NCBI GenBank assembly: GCA_913778765.1
Contig: CAJYXO010000071.1
Location: 2,148-66,147 of the forward strand
From: an uncultured Massilia sp.
Lineage (GTDB): Bacteria; Pseudomonadota; Gammaproteobacteria; Burkholderiales; Burkholderiaceae_D
DNA: 64,000 nt
Reading direction: 5' to 3'
Part shown: in pieces, positions 16,458-25,375 of the stretch
Layout of the letters: every line of letters begins with the position of its first letter
Numbering within the stretch: position 1 is the first letter of the stretch
Made by a program: the position numbers and the translations under genes
The notes under the pieces: generated by a model
Database searches by the model: none
Told to the model about the DNA's origin: nothing
The model's input: only the letters and a program-made list of their open reading frames with translations

Positions 16458-17992
16458 GCCGCCGCCTCCAGCAGGGGCACGGCCCGCGGCGCCGGTGCAG
16501 CCGTGCCGCAGGCGGCCGCGGCGCGCATGCCGTCTTCCAGCAGCCGCCCGGCCCAGCCGAACACGGTGCGCCGGCGCAGCACGGCGCGCATCGCGGCCAT
16601 GCGCAGCGCCTGCTCGTGGCGCGGCATCGCCAGCGCGGCGGCGATCGTGGCGGCCAGGGCGCCGATGTCGCGCGGATCGACTGCCAATGCCTGGCGCAAT
16701 TCGGCGGCGGCGCCGGCACGGCGGCCCAGCACCAGCGCACCGCGCAGGTCGGCGCGCGCGGCCACGAATTCCTTCGCCACCAGGTTCATGCCGTCGTGCA
16801 GGCTGGTCACCAGGCAGACGTCGCAGGCGCGATAGCAGTCGGCGACGGTGGCGGCGTCGGCGCCGTCCAGGTGCAGCAGCACCGGGCGCCAGGCGGCGTC
16901 GCCGAAGCGCGCGTTGATGCGCATGGCCACGGTGCGCACCGTGTGCTCCAGCCAGCGGTAGGCCGGCCCTGCGCGGCCGGGGGCCGTCACCTGCAGCAGG
17001 CTCACGCGGCCGTGCAGGTCCGGGCGCCGTTCGAGCAGACATTCGAAGGCCTGCAGCCGTTCGGCGATGCCTTTGGTGTAGTCGAGGCGGTCGACGCCCA
17101 GCAGCAGGCGCACCCGCGGCGGCACGCCGAAGCGCCCTTCGACCAGGCGCCGCGCGGCATCGCGCGAGGCCGCGGGCGGCGCCGTGCGCTCGGCCGCCTC
17201 CGGCCAGGCGATCGAAATCGGATAGGCGCCTGCAGCGGCCCTGCCGCTGCTGGCGGACATGGCGCGCAGCGCGCCGAGATGCGCCAGGTCGGCCGCGGTC
17301 TGCACGCCCACCAGGTCGCTCGACAGCAGCCCCGCCATCAGCTCTTCGCGCCAGGGAAAACCCAGCCAGGCCTGCGGCGGCGGAAACGGGATGTGCCAGA
17401 AGGCGATGACGATCGCCTGCGGCAGGCGTTCGCGGATCATGCGCGGCACCAGCGCCAGGTGGTAGTCCTGGACCAGCACGACCGGCCGCTCGCTGCGCGC
17501 TTCGTCGGCGACGGCATCGGCGAAGCGCCGGTTCACCTCGCGGTAACGGCGCCAGTCCGCGCCGCGCAGCACCGGGGCGACGCCGGCGTCGTGGCACAGC
17601 GGCCACAAGCCCTCGTTGGCCATGCCATGGTAGTGGCCGTCCACCTCTTCATCGGACAGCCAGAGGCGGCGCAGCCGGTAGGGAGACGGCAGGTGCCGGG
17701 CCAGCACATGGCCCTGGCTGTCGCTGGTGATGCGGTCGGCCTCGCCGCTACCGTGCGCGATCCAGCAGCCGCCCTGGGCCGCCAGCACCGTCTCGAGCGC
17801 GGTCACGAGGCCGCCGGCCGGACGCCGCGCCACCGGTCCGGTGCTGGTGTGGGAATGGATCCAGGGTGCGCGGTTCGAGACGACGATCAGGTCGCCGCAG
17901 TCACCGGCGCCGCCGAGGCGGCCGAGCAGCCGCGTCAAGCCGGCGGCATCGCGCACGGCGTCTGCGCTCAAGCCTGCCGTCCGCCCGTTCAT
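16454..17992 (-). CDS. otsA: Alpha,alpha-trehalose-phosphate synthase (GT20)
   Basis: 512 aa. IVVSNRAP..., WIAHGSG, HYHGMANEGLWPLCH, VQDYHLALVP, LGVDRLDYTKGI, SLHDGMNLVAKEF are classical OtsA blocks. Confidence 0.9.
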   Translation of the reverse strand: MNGRTAGLSADAVRDAAGLTRLLGRLGGAGDCGDLIVVSNRAPWIHSHTSTGPVARRPAGGLVTALETVLAAQGGCWIAHGSGEADRITSDSQGHVLARHLPSPYRLRRLWLSDEEVDGHYHGMANEGLWPLCHDAGVAPVLRGADWRRYREVNRRFADAVADEARSERPVVLVQDYHLALVPRMIRERLPQAIVIAFWHIPFPPPQAWLGFPWREELMAGLLSSDLVGVQTAADLAHLGALRAMSASSGRAAAGAYPISIAWPEAAERTAPPAASRDAARRLVEGRFGVPPRVRLLLGVDRLDYTKGIAERLQAFECLLERRPDLHGRVSLLQVTAPGRAGPAYRWLEHTVRTVAMRINARFGDAAWRPVLLHLDGADAATVADCYRACDVCLVTSLHDGMNLVAKEFVAARADLRGALVLGRRAGAAAELRQALAVDPRDIGALAATIAAALAMPRHEQALRMAAMRAVLRRRTVFGWAGRLLEDGMRAAAACGTAAPAPRAVPLLEAAA

Positions 17993-18087
17993 GCCCGCTG
18001 CCTGTTTGCCTGGTATCGCATCCAGACAGCGTAAGGGCTGAGCGGCCCAGGCTTATGTACGCCAGCGTACGCATGCGCGTAATTGTC

Positions 18088-18186
18088 TTAGCCGATGGCC
18101 GGGTGGGCGAGGCCAGACGTGAATGCGCACAGCATGATCAGCGTGGCCATGATCGCCATGCGCTTGATGTCGTCGGGATGCATCAT
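18088..18186 (-). CDS. Hypothetical 32-aa hydrophobic peptide between glk-rpiR paralog 2 and otsA
   Basis: Hand translation: MMHPDDIKRMAIMATLIMLCAFTSGLAHPAIG*. GGAGAG lies 6 nt upstream. GC3-biased codons. Too short for the ORF track, and no homology is assessable. Confidence 0.3.
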   Translation of the reverse strand: MMHPDDIKRMAIMATLIMLCAFTSGLAHPAIG

Positions 18187-18195
18187 GTGGCTCTC

Positions 18196-18235
18196 CAATG
18201 GGGATCGATTCCCCATTGTGAGATTCCACGTGGAA
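18196..18235. promoter_or_regulatory. Hairpin plus perfect 12-bp palindrome upstream of the small ORF/otsBA
   Basis: CAATGGGG-ATCGATT-CCCCATTG (18196..18218), adjacent to TTCCACGTGGAA (18224..18235, CACGTG core). Located between the glk-rpiR-2 stop (18270) and the small-ORF SD. Confidence 0.25.
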
Positions 18236-18269
18236 ACGTTCTTGACGCCGATCCGGCTTGCGCGCGATA

Positions 18270-20135
18270 TCAGATGTCGAGGTGCGAAATCAGCAAACGC
18301 CGGCGCTCGCTGTCGCCCTCGCCGTTGTCGCCGCCGTTTTCCTGGCCCAGCGAGACGCCCACCGCCATGATGTCGATGAGGAGCAGCTGCAGGATCCGCG
18401 AAATCATCGAGAGGAAGGTGGTCGAATCCTCGCTGTGGTCGACCGCCAGGCAGATGCTGGCCTTCCGCGCCAGCGCCGATTTGCTGCTGGTGATGGCGAT
18501 GACGTCGGCGCCCGCCGCGCGCGCGGTCTCCACGGCGGACAGCAGTTCGGGCAGCTGGCCGGTGGTCGAGATCGCGATCACGACGTCGCCGGGGCCCAGC
18601 AGTTCGGCCGCGAGGCTGAACAGGTGCGAATCGCCGTAGGACGAGGTCGGGATGCGGAAGCGGAAGAACTTGTGCTGGCCGTCCAGCGCCACCACGCGCG
18701 AATTCCCCATCGCATAGAACTCGACGCGCTTGGCCTTACGGAGAATCTCGATGGCGCGGTCGATCGAGTTCACGTCGAGCTGGTCGCGGAACTTCAGGAT
18801 CGCCGACACCGTATTGTCGATGACTTTCGCCGACAGGTCGTGGGTGCTGTCGGTCATCCGCACCTGGCTGTGGCGCACCGGGATGGTGCCGGTCAGGCTG
18901 CCCGCGAACTTCAGCTTGAAGTCGGCCAGGCCGGAAAAGCCCAGCGAGCGGCAGAAGCGGATCACGGTCGGCTGGCTGACGTCGGCCAGCTTCGCGATCT
19001 CGGCGATCGGCTCGGACAGCACCTTGCGCGGGTGCTCCAGCACCAGGGTCGCGACGCGCTGCTCGGCCGGCGAGAGCTCGTGCTGCAGGTGCTGCACACG
19101 CTCCATCAGGGTGTTCGCGCCGGTGCGGCCGCGCAGGTGTTCGGACAGGATGCTGGCCACGCCGTACAGCGCCGGATTCGGCGTCATGATCACATAGGTC
19201 GGGATCTGCGCCAGGTAATCCGAGAAGCGGCCCTTGGCTTCGAAGCGGGCGCGGAACGGCGAGGTCGCGAACCACTGCGCCACGCGCGGCACGATGCCGC
19301 CGCCGATGAAGATGCCGCCGAATGCGCCGAGGGTCACCGCCAGGTTGGCCGCGGCGCCGCCCAGCATGCCGGCGAAGCATTCCAGCACTTCCAGGCACAG
19401 CGGGTCGTTCTGTTCGATCGCGGCATTGGCGATGTCGGCGGCCGTGCGCGCGGGCGCCTGCACGCCGTTGCGCTGCGCCAGCGCGCGGTAGATGATCTCC
19501 ATGCCGGGGCCGGAAATCAGGCGCTCGTTCGATACGTGCTGCCATTCGCGCCAGGCGTATTGCAGGATCGCGAACTCGCGCTCGTCGGCCGGCGCGAAGT
19601 TGACGTGGCCGCCCTCGCTGCCGAGGGTGACGAAGCCATCCAAGGTCGGGATCACGCCCGACACGCCGAGGCCCGTGCCCGGACCGAGCACGCCGGCCAC
19701 CGCATGCGGCTGCGGCTTGCCGCCGCCGATCTGCAGCAGGTCTTCCGGCTTGAAGCCCGGCAGCGCCATCGCCAGCGCCGTGAAGTCGTTCACGATCAGC
19801 AGCGTGGTCAGGCCGAGGGCGCGCCGCACTTCGTCGGTCGAGAACTGCCAGTCGCGGTTGGTCATGCGGATGAAATCGCCGCTGATCGGGTTCGCCAGCG
19901 CGAAGGCGGCGTGGCTGATGCGCAGCTCGCCCAATTGCGACAGATAGGCGTTCAGCAGCGGGACGATGCCGGGATAGTCGTCGCACAGCAGCACGGCGAC
20001 GTTGCGCAGCACGCCCGGCGCGCTCTCCAGCGCAAAGCGCGCGTGGGTCGCGCCGATGTCGGCCAGCAGGCGCGGTCCGTCGGCATAGGCGGCGCGCGGT
20101 TGCTTCTGTTCGGTGGTGTCGGGCTCGATGGTCAT
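18270..20135 (-). CDS. glk: Bifunctional glucokinase / RpiR(HexR-like)-family regulator, paralog 2
   Basis: Same architecture as 2378..4237, collinear over the full length and identical at most positions by eye, including an identical HTH segment LADVSQPTVIRFCRSLGF. Start set at MTIEPDTTEQ (20135). The track ORF's extra 34 codons translate a REP element (..GSRLRGND..). Confidence 0.85.
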   Translation of the reverse strand: MTIEPDTTEQKQPRAAYADGPRLLADIGATHARFALESAPGVLRNVAVLLCDDYPGIVPLLNAYLSQLGELRISHAAFALANPISGDFIRMTNRDWQFSTDEVRRALGLTTLLIVNDFTALAMALPGFKPEDLLQIGGGKPQPHAVAGVLGPGTGLGVSGVIPTLDGFVTLGSEGGHVNFAPADEREFAILQYAWREWQHVSNERLISGPGMEIIYRALAQRNGVQAPARTAADIANAAIEQNDPLCLEVLECFAGMLGGAAANLAVTLGAFGGIFIGGGIVPRVAQWFATSPFRARFEAKGRFSDYLAQIPTYVIMTPNPALYGVASILSEHLRGRTGANTLMERVQHLQHELSPAEQRVATLVLEHPRKVLSEPIAEIAKLADVSQPTVIRFCRSLGFSGLADFKLKFAGSLTGTIPVRHSQVRMTDSTHDLSAKVIDNTVSAILKFRDQLDVNSIDRAIEILRKAKRVEFYAMGNSRVVALDGQHKFFRFRIPTSSYGDSHLFSLAAELLGPGDVVIAISTTGQLPELLSAVETARAAGADVIAITSSKSALARKASICLAVDHSEDSTTFLSMISRILQLLLIDIMAVGVSLGQENGGDNGEGDSERRRLLISHLDI

Positions 20136-20180
20136 TGCGCTAGGATACCATTGATTGATTGACACCAAAACCATGAATCT

Positions 20181-20266
20181 GTCGTTCCCGCGCAGGCGGG
20201 AACCCAAGTTTTGCGTGAGCTGCCGATACGCTTGCAAACTTGGATCCCCGCCTTCGCGGGGATGAC
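20181..20266. repeat. Bipartite REP/MITE-like element, copy 1
   Basis: Left module GTCGTTCCCGCGCAGGCGGGAACCCAAGTT (20181..20210). Right module in inverted orientation AACTTGGATCCCCGCCTTCGCGGGGATGAC (20237..20266). Each module holds its own GC hairpin. Spacer is 26 bp. Confidence 0.8.
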
Positions 20267-20268
20267 GT

Positions 20269-21774
20269 CTACTCCGCCTGCGCCGGCTGCGGCGCCTTGG
20301 CCCCCGCCACGCTCACATGTGGCATGAACAGCAGGATCACCAGCGCCGCCAGCACGATCACGGTGCCGGCGCCGAAGATATTGGCGATGGCGTCGCGGTA
20401 GATGGCGCGCATGGCCGGGCTCAGGACCGCGCCGGTGCCGGCGCTGGCCGCGGCCGCGATGCCGTGCGCATGCAGCTGGTGCGCCAGGATCGCGCCGGAA
20501 CCGGTCACGCCGAGCAGGCCGCCGAGCGAGCGGAAGAAGGTCAGCATGGCGGTGCCGACGCCGCGCCGCGCGGTCGGCAGGGCGCTCTGCACGACGATGG
20601 TCATGTTCGGCATCACCAGGCCGAGGCCGGCGCCGAGGAAGAAGATCGGCGGCTCGATGAAGGCATAGCCCCGGCCGGTGGCCATGGCCCAGGTCAGCGC
20701 GGCGAAGGACGCCACCGCCACCGCCAGGCCCGCCACCTGCACTTCCTTGTAGCGGTTGGCGCGCGCCACGGCGCGGCCGATCAGGCTCGAGGCGACGATC
20801 ATCCCCACCATCATCGGCACGGTCAGCATGCCGGAGGTCGCCGGGCTGCTGCCCATCACCAGCTGGAAGAACAGCGGGAAGAACACGCTCGAGCCCATCA
20901 GGCCGACGAAGCTCAGCGCCATCACGATGCTGGCCAGGTTGAACACGCGGCTGCCGAACAGGTCGGGCGGCAGCACCGGCTCGGCGGCGCGGCGCAGGTG
21001 CACGAACAGCCAGCCGCCCAGCACCACGGTCAGCAGCGCGCACACCTTGATCTCGGGCGCATCCCACGGCCATTCGGTGCCGCCCAGCGCCAGGATCAGC
21101 AGCAGCGAGACGATGCTGGACGTGAGCAGGACCGAGCCGAGATAGTCGATGCGGTGCGCATGCGTGATGACAGGCTTGCGCAGCGAACGCGCGATGGCCC
21201 AGCAGGCGAAGGCGCCGACCGGCAGGTTGATGAAGAAGATCCAGTGCCAGGACAGCAGGTCGGTCATCACGCCGCCCAGCACCGGGCCGAGCACGCTGGT
21301 GACGGCGAACACGATCGCGATCGAGCCCTGGCGCTTGGCGCGGTCCTGCGGCGCCACCAGGTCGGAGATGATGATCTGGGCCAGCGGCATGAAGCCGCCG
21401 GCGCCCATGCCCTGGATCGCGCGGAACACGATCAGCTGCGTCATGCTGGCGGCCAGGCCGCACAGCACCGAACCGACCAGGAAGGTGGCGAGCGCCGTGA
21501 AGATCATCGGCCGGCGGCCGTACTGGTCGGCCATCTTGCCGTACAAAGGCATGGTGGCGGTCGAGGCCAATACGTAGGCGGTCACCACCCAGGACAGGTG
21601 GGCCATGCCGCCGAGGTCGGAGACGATCCGCGGCAGCGCGGTGGCGACGATGCTCTGGTCGAGCGCGCCGAGGCCGAGCACGGCCATCAGGGCGAAGTAG
21701 ACGGCGCGGATTTCCTTTTCGGTGACCGGCGCCGGCGCGGGCGAATGCGTGGCGGTGTGCGGAGTCTGGGTCAT
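20269..21774 (-). CDS. MFS efflux transporter, DHA2 (EmrB/QacA) family
   Basis: 501 aa, polytopic. LDQSIVATALPRI and GKMADQYGRRP motifs. Overlaps the upstream marR stop by 4 nt. Confidence 0.85.
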   Translation of the reverse strand: MTQTPHTATHSPAPAPVTEKEIRAVYFALMAVLGLGALDQSIVATALPRIVSDLGGMAHLSWVVTAYVLASTATMPLYGKMADQYGRRPMIFTALATFLVGSVLCGLAASMTQLIVFRAIQGMGAGGFMPLAQIIISDLVAPQDRAKRQGSIAIVFAVTSVLGPVLGGVMTDLLSWHWIFFINLPVGAFACWAIARSLRKPVITHAHRIDYLGSVLLTSSIVSLLLILALGGTEWPWDAPEIKVCALLTVVLGGWLFVHLRRAAEPVLPPDLFGSRVFNLASIVMALSFVGLMGSSVFFPLFFQLVMGSSPATSGMLTVPMMVGMIVASSLIGRAVARANRYKEVQVAGLAVAVASFAALTWAMATGRGYAFIEPPIFFLGAGLGLVMPNMTIVVQSALPTARRGVGTAMLTFFRSLGGLLGVTGSGAILAHQLHAHGIAAAASAGTGAVLSPAMRAIYRDAIANIFGAGTVIVLAALVILLFMPHVSVAGAKAPQPAQAE

Positions 21775-22217
21775 GGGCGGGCGATCAGCTTGAGGGGTTC
21801 GATGGCGGCCGCCAGCGCATCCATCTGCGCGGCGTCGAGGCGGTTGACGCGCCGGACCAGCCAGTCCAGGCGCTGCGCGTGCATCTCGTCGTGGAGGGCC
21901 TGGCCGGCCGCGGTGAGCCGCAGGCCGCTGCGGCGGCGGTCGTCGGGATCGGGCGCGCCGCGCTCGAGCAGGCCGGCCTCCTCCAGCGCCTTGATCTGGG
22001 CGCTCATGGTCGGCGGGCGCACGTCCTTCATGCGCGCCAGCTCGGCCACGCCGATGCCCGGCTGGTGGCCGATGGCGCCCAGCAGCATGGCCTGGGTCAG
22101 CGACAGGCCGGAAGTATGGCGTTCGGCGTCGCGGCGAATCTCGCGCATCATCAACTTGAGCGCTTCGCGCAGGTCTTCCGCGAGCTGGACGCCGCGGTCG
22201 GGTCGTGGTGTCGTCAT
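21771..22217 (-). CDS. MarR-family transcriptional regulator
   Basis: 148 aa. Winged-HTH core LSLTQAMLLGAIGHQPGIGVAELARMKDVRPPTMSAQIKALEEAGLLER..DPDDRR. Confidence 0.85.
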   Translation of the reverse strand: MTTPRPDRGVQLAEDLREALKLMMREIRRDAERHTSGLSLTQAMLLGAIGHQPGIGVAELARMKDVRPPTMSAQIKALEEAGLLERGAPDPDDRRRSGLRLTAAGQALHDEMHAQRLDWLVRRVNRLDAAQMDALAAAIEPLKLIARP

Positions 22218-22232
22218 CGATGTCGGATGATT

Positions 22233-22259
22233 ATATTAGTTAGGCTACCTAATCATATT
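22233..22259. promoter_or_regulatory. Imperfect AT-rich palindrome, candidate MarR operator
   Basis: Core TTAGG-CTA-CCTAA (22240..22252) flanked by ATAT-rich arms, 16-40 nt upstream of the marR start in the marR/yeeE divergent region. Confidence 0.25.
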
Positions 22260-22396
22260 ACGCCACAAGCCGGCCGGATTCAAGCGCTATCGTGCGCGGT
22301 CGAAGAGTAAGCGCTTACCGATGAGCAGAGCCCGCCAGCACGAAAATCGAAAACGCGCGAAAATACGCGATTCCGTTTCAAATTCAAATACTTATC

Positions 22397-23614
22397 ATGT
22401 CCGATTCCGCAACCTTGGCGTTCCCGCGCCGTGTCGACATCAACCCCAAACCCTTCGGCGTCGCCCTGCTGCTCATCGTCCTGGGCGCGCTCTACCTCGC
22501 GAGCGCCGCCGGCGCCAAGCTGGCCGCCCTGTTCGTGGTCGGCGCCCTGCTCGGCATCGCGCTGTACCACGCGGCCTTCGGCTTCACCTCCTCGTGGCGC
22601 GTGTTCATCGCCGACGGCCGCGGCGCCGGCCTGCGTGCGCAGATGCTGATGCTGGCCATCGGCGTGGCGCTGTTCTTCCCGGCGCTGGCCGCCGGCACCC
22701 TGTTCGGCAATCCGGTCAAGGGCCTGGTCTCGCCGGCCGGCACCTCGGTGATCGTCGGCGCCTTCATGTTCGGCATCGGCATGCAGCTCGGCGGCGGCTG
22801 CGCCTCCGGCACCCTGTACACGGTCGGCGGCGGCAGCACGCGCATGATCGTCACCCTGCTGGCTTTCATCGCCGGTTCGGTGATCGGCACCGCGCACATG
22901 CCCTTCTGGACCGCGCTGCCGCAACTGAAGCCGATCTCGCTCGTCACCGAACTGGGCCTGGCGCCGGCGCTGCTGCTCAACTGGCTGGTGTTCGCGCTGA
23001 TCGCCTGGATCACGGTCGTGGTCGAGAAGCGCCGCCACGGCAAGCTGGTCGCGCCGGACCTGCCGGCCGACCGCGCCCGCACCTGGCTGCACGGCCCGTG
23101 GCCGCTGGTCGCCGGCGCGCTGGCGCTGGTGCTGCTGAATTTCGCGACCCTGGCGCTGTCCGGCCGTCCGTGGGGCGTGACCTCGGCCTTCGCGCTGTGG
23201 GGCGCCAAGGCTGCCGCCGCCATCGGCATCGACACCGCCAGCTGGGCCTACTGGAGCACCAAGGCGAATGCCGCCGCGCTGGCCGCCCCGGTCACGCAGG
23301 ACGTCACTTCGATGATGGACGTCGGCATCGTGCTCGGCGCGATGCTGGCCGCCGCCCTGGCCGGCCGCTACGCCCCGGTGTGGAAGCTGCCGCTGCGCTC
23401 CCTCGTCGCGGCCGTCGTCGGCGGCCTGCTGCTGGGCTATGGCGCGCGCCTGGCCTACGGCTGCAACATCGGCGCCTACTTCAGCGGCATCATTTCCGGC
23501 AGCCTGCACGGCTGGCTGTGGCTGGTGGCGGCCTTCATCGGCAACGTGTTCGGTACGCGTTTGCGGCCGCTGTTCGGGCTCGAGGTCGAGCGCATCAGGC
23601 AGACGGGCTGCTGA
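22397..23614 (+). CDS. yeeE: YeeE/YedE-family inner-membrane protein (sulfur-compound/thiosulfate transport family)
   Basis: 405 aa, polytopic. Duplicated 'G..G.GCASG/ GCNIG' type cysteine motifs (QLGGGCASGTLY, LAYGCNIGAYF). Confidence 0.75.
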   Translation: MSDSATLAFPRRVDINPKPFGVALLLIVLGALYLASAAGAKLAALFVVGALLGIALYHAAFGFTSSWRVFIADGRGAGLRAQMLMLAIGVALFFPALAAGTLFGNPVKGLVSPAGTSVIVGAFMFGIGMQLGGGCASGTLYTVGGGSTRMIVTLLAFIAGSVIGTAHMPFWTALPQLKPISLVTELGLAPALLLNWLVFALIAWITVVVEKRRHGKLVAPDLPADRARTWLHGPWPLVAGALALVLLNFATLALSGRPWGVTSAFALWGAKAAAAIGIDTASWAYWSTKANAAALAAPVTQDVTSMMDVGIVLGAMLAAALAGRYAPVWKLPLRSLVAAVVGGLLLGYGARLAYGCNIGAYFSGIISGSLHGWLWLVAAFIGNVFGTRLRPLFGLEVERIRQTGC

Positions 23615-24248
23615 TCTTCAGGTAAAAGCGCGCGCCCTTCTCGCCGGCGGTGAAGCCGAGGCCATCCCCGGCCGGCAGGCGCAGCCAGGCGCCGGACTGG
23701 TAGCGCCGGTCGCCGTCGACGATCCGGCCTTCGAGCACCAGCAGTTCCGCGCCGGCGGCGGCGTCCACCAGGATGGGCCGCCCTGCTTCCACCCGCTGCA
23801 GGCAGACCTGCTCCTCAGGGCTCGAGAACAGCGGACAAATCATCCGGTCCTCGTGACGCTGCCAGGCCGACGCCGTGCGCGTATCGATGCGCACGACACG
23901 CCGGTCATCCGCCGCCATCTGCCGCAGCTTGACGAAGATGAGCGCACCCTCGATGCTGAAAGGCTGGTGCGAGGTCCCCGGCGGATTGCGCAGGTAGCAG
24001 CCGGCCGGGAAGTCGCCGGTCTCGTCGGAGAAGGTGCCCGACAAAACCAGGATCTCTTCGCCGCCCGGATGCGCGTGCGGCGGAAAATGCGAGTCCGGCG
24101 CATAGCGCACGATGCTGGTGGCGCGCGCCTGCTCTTCGCCGATCCGGTCCAGCATCATGCGCTCGACGCCCGCCTGCGGCGAAGCGGACCATTCGTACTG
24201 GCCGGGTTCGACGACGACACGGCGCGTAAAGTCTGCGTTGATCAGCAT
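23595..24248 (-). CDS. ChrR-like cupin protein (two cupin modules, no anti-sigma Zn domain)
   Basis: Start at MLINADFTRRV (24248); the track ORF is longer. HFPPHAHPGGEEILVLSGTF cupin motif. The 3' end overlaps convergent yeeE by 20 nt. Confidence 0.65.
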   Translation of the reverse strand: MLINADFTRRVVVEPGQYEWSASPQAGVERMMLDRIGEEQARATSIVRYAPDSHFPPHAHPGGEEILVLSGTFSDETGDFPAGCYLRNPPGTSHQPFSIEGALIFVKLRQMAADDRRVVRIDTRTASAWQRHEDRMICPLFSSPEEQVCLQRVEAGRPILVDAAAGAELLVLEGRIVDGDRRYQSGAWLRLPAGDGLGFTAGEKGARFYLKISSPSA

Positions 24249-24250
24249 GT

Positions 24251-25252
24251 CTACCTCCCTGCGAGTCCCTTCAACAGCGCCGCGTGGAAGGCTGCCGGGT
24301 CCTGTATCTGCGGCGCATGGCCCATGTTCTCGAACTCCACCAGCGTCGCGTGCGGCATCGCTTTTGCCGCCCGCTTGCCCAGCGCCGCATAATTGCCGAG
24401 CTTCGGCCGCAGCCCGGCGGGCGCGGCATCCTTGCCGATGGCCGTGTTGTCCTTCGTACCGATCAGCAGCAGCACCGGCATCTTCAGCAGCGGGAATTCG
24501 TAGACCACCGGCTGGGTGTAGATCATGTCGTACAGCAGGGCCGAGTTCCAGGCGACGATCTTCTTGCCGGGGCCATTGTTCAGGCCCGCCAGCATCCCGA
24601 CCCAGGTTTCGTACTCGGGCTTCCACTGGTTCACGTAATAGGTCGATTTTTCGTAGGCGCGGATCTTGTCGGCCGTCTGGGCCAGCTCGCGCTCATACCA
24701 TGTGTCCACGCCCAGCGAGGGCACGCCCAGCGCCTTCCAGTCTTCCAGGCCGATCGGATTCGCCAGCACCAGCTGCTCGGTCTGGTCCGGATACAGCAGG
24801 CCGTAGCGCACCGCCAGCATGCCGCCGGTCGAGTGGCCCATCACGGTCGCCTTCTTCACGCCGATCGCCTCCAGCAGCGCATGCGTGTTGGCGGCCAGTT
24901 GCTGGAAACTGTACTGGTAGTGCCCGGGCTTGCTGGACTTGCAGAAGCCGACCTGGTCGGGTGCGACCACGCGGTAGCCGGCTTTCGTCAGCGCGTCGAT
25001 ACTGCCCTCCCAGGTCGCGGCGCAGAAGTTCTTGCCGTGCAGGAGAACCACGGTGCGGCCGTTCGGCTTCGCCGGCTTCACATCCATGTAGGCCATGTGG
25101 AACTGCACGCCTTGCGAGGTGAAGCGGTACTGCTGCACCGGGTGCGGGTAGTCGAAGCCTTCGAGTTCGGGGCCGTAGGCGGGTTCGGCGGCGCGGGCGG
25201 CGCTTGCCGCAAGACTGAACAGCAGCGCGGCACAGCGGCGATAAGCAGGCAT
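24251..25252 (-). CDS. Secreted alpha/beta-fold hydrolase
   Basis: Start at MPAYRRCAALLFSLAASAARA (signal peptide) preceded by AGGAGGAAG. HGKNF oxyanion region and nucleophile elbow GHSTGG. Confidence 0.8.
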   Translation of the reverse strand: MPAYRRCAALLFSLAASAARAAEPAYGPELEGFDYPHPVQQYRFTSQGVQFHMAYMDVKPAKPNGRTVVLLHGKNFCAATWEGSIDALTKAGYRVVAPDQVGFCKSSKPGHYQYSFQQLAANTHALLEAIGVKKATVMGHSTGGMLAVRYGLLYPDQTEQLVLANPIGLEDWKALGVPSLGVDTWYERELAQTADKIRAYEKSTYYVNQWKPEYETWVGMLAGLNNGPGKKIVAWNSALLYDMIYTQPVVYEFPLLKMPVLLLIGTKDNTAIGKDAAPAGLRPKLGNYAALGKRAAKAMPHATLVEFENMGHAPQIQDPAAFHAALLKGLAGR

Positions 25253-25375
25253 CGTGCTTCCTCCTTGACTGACGATGCCTGCGAGTCTAGCCGATCTGCG
25301 GAATGACTTGAGCACCGCTTCCGCATCGACGATGCCCGGCATGCGCGGATAGCGATGGAAAGTCCGAACGGGAGA

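Noticed and set aside
20136-20237. N-terminal extensions of track ORFs 18270..20237, 25376..27154 and 28846..30300
   Set aside because: The extra codons translate REP elements or AT-rich leader (peptides such as GSRLRGND and SSSPRTSPSSPRRRGRR). Internal starts with an SD and/or signal peptide give family-typical N-termini.
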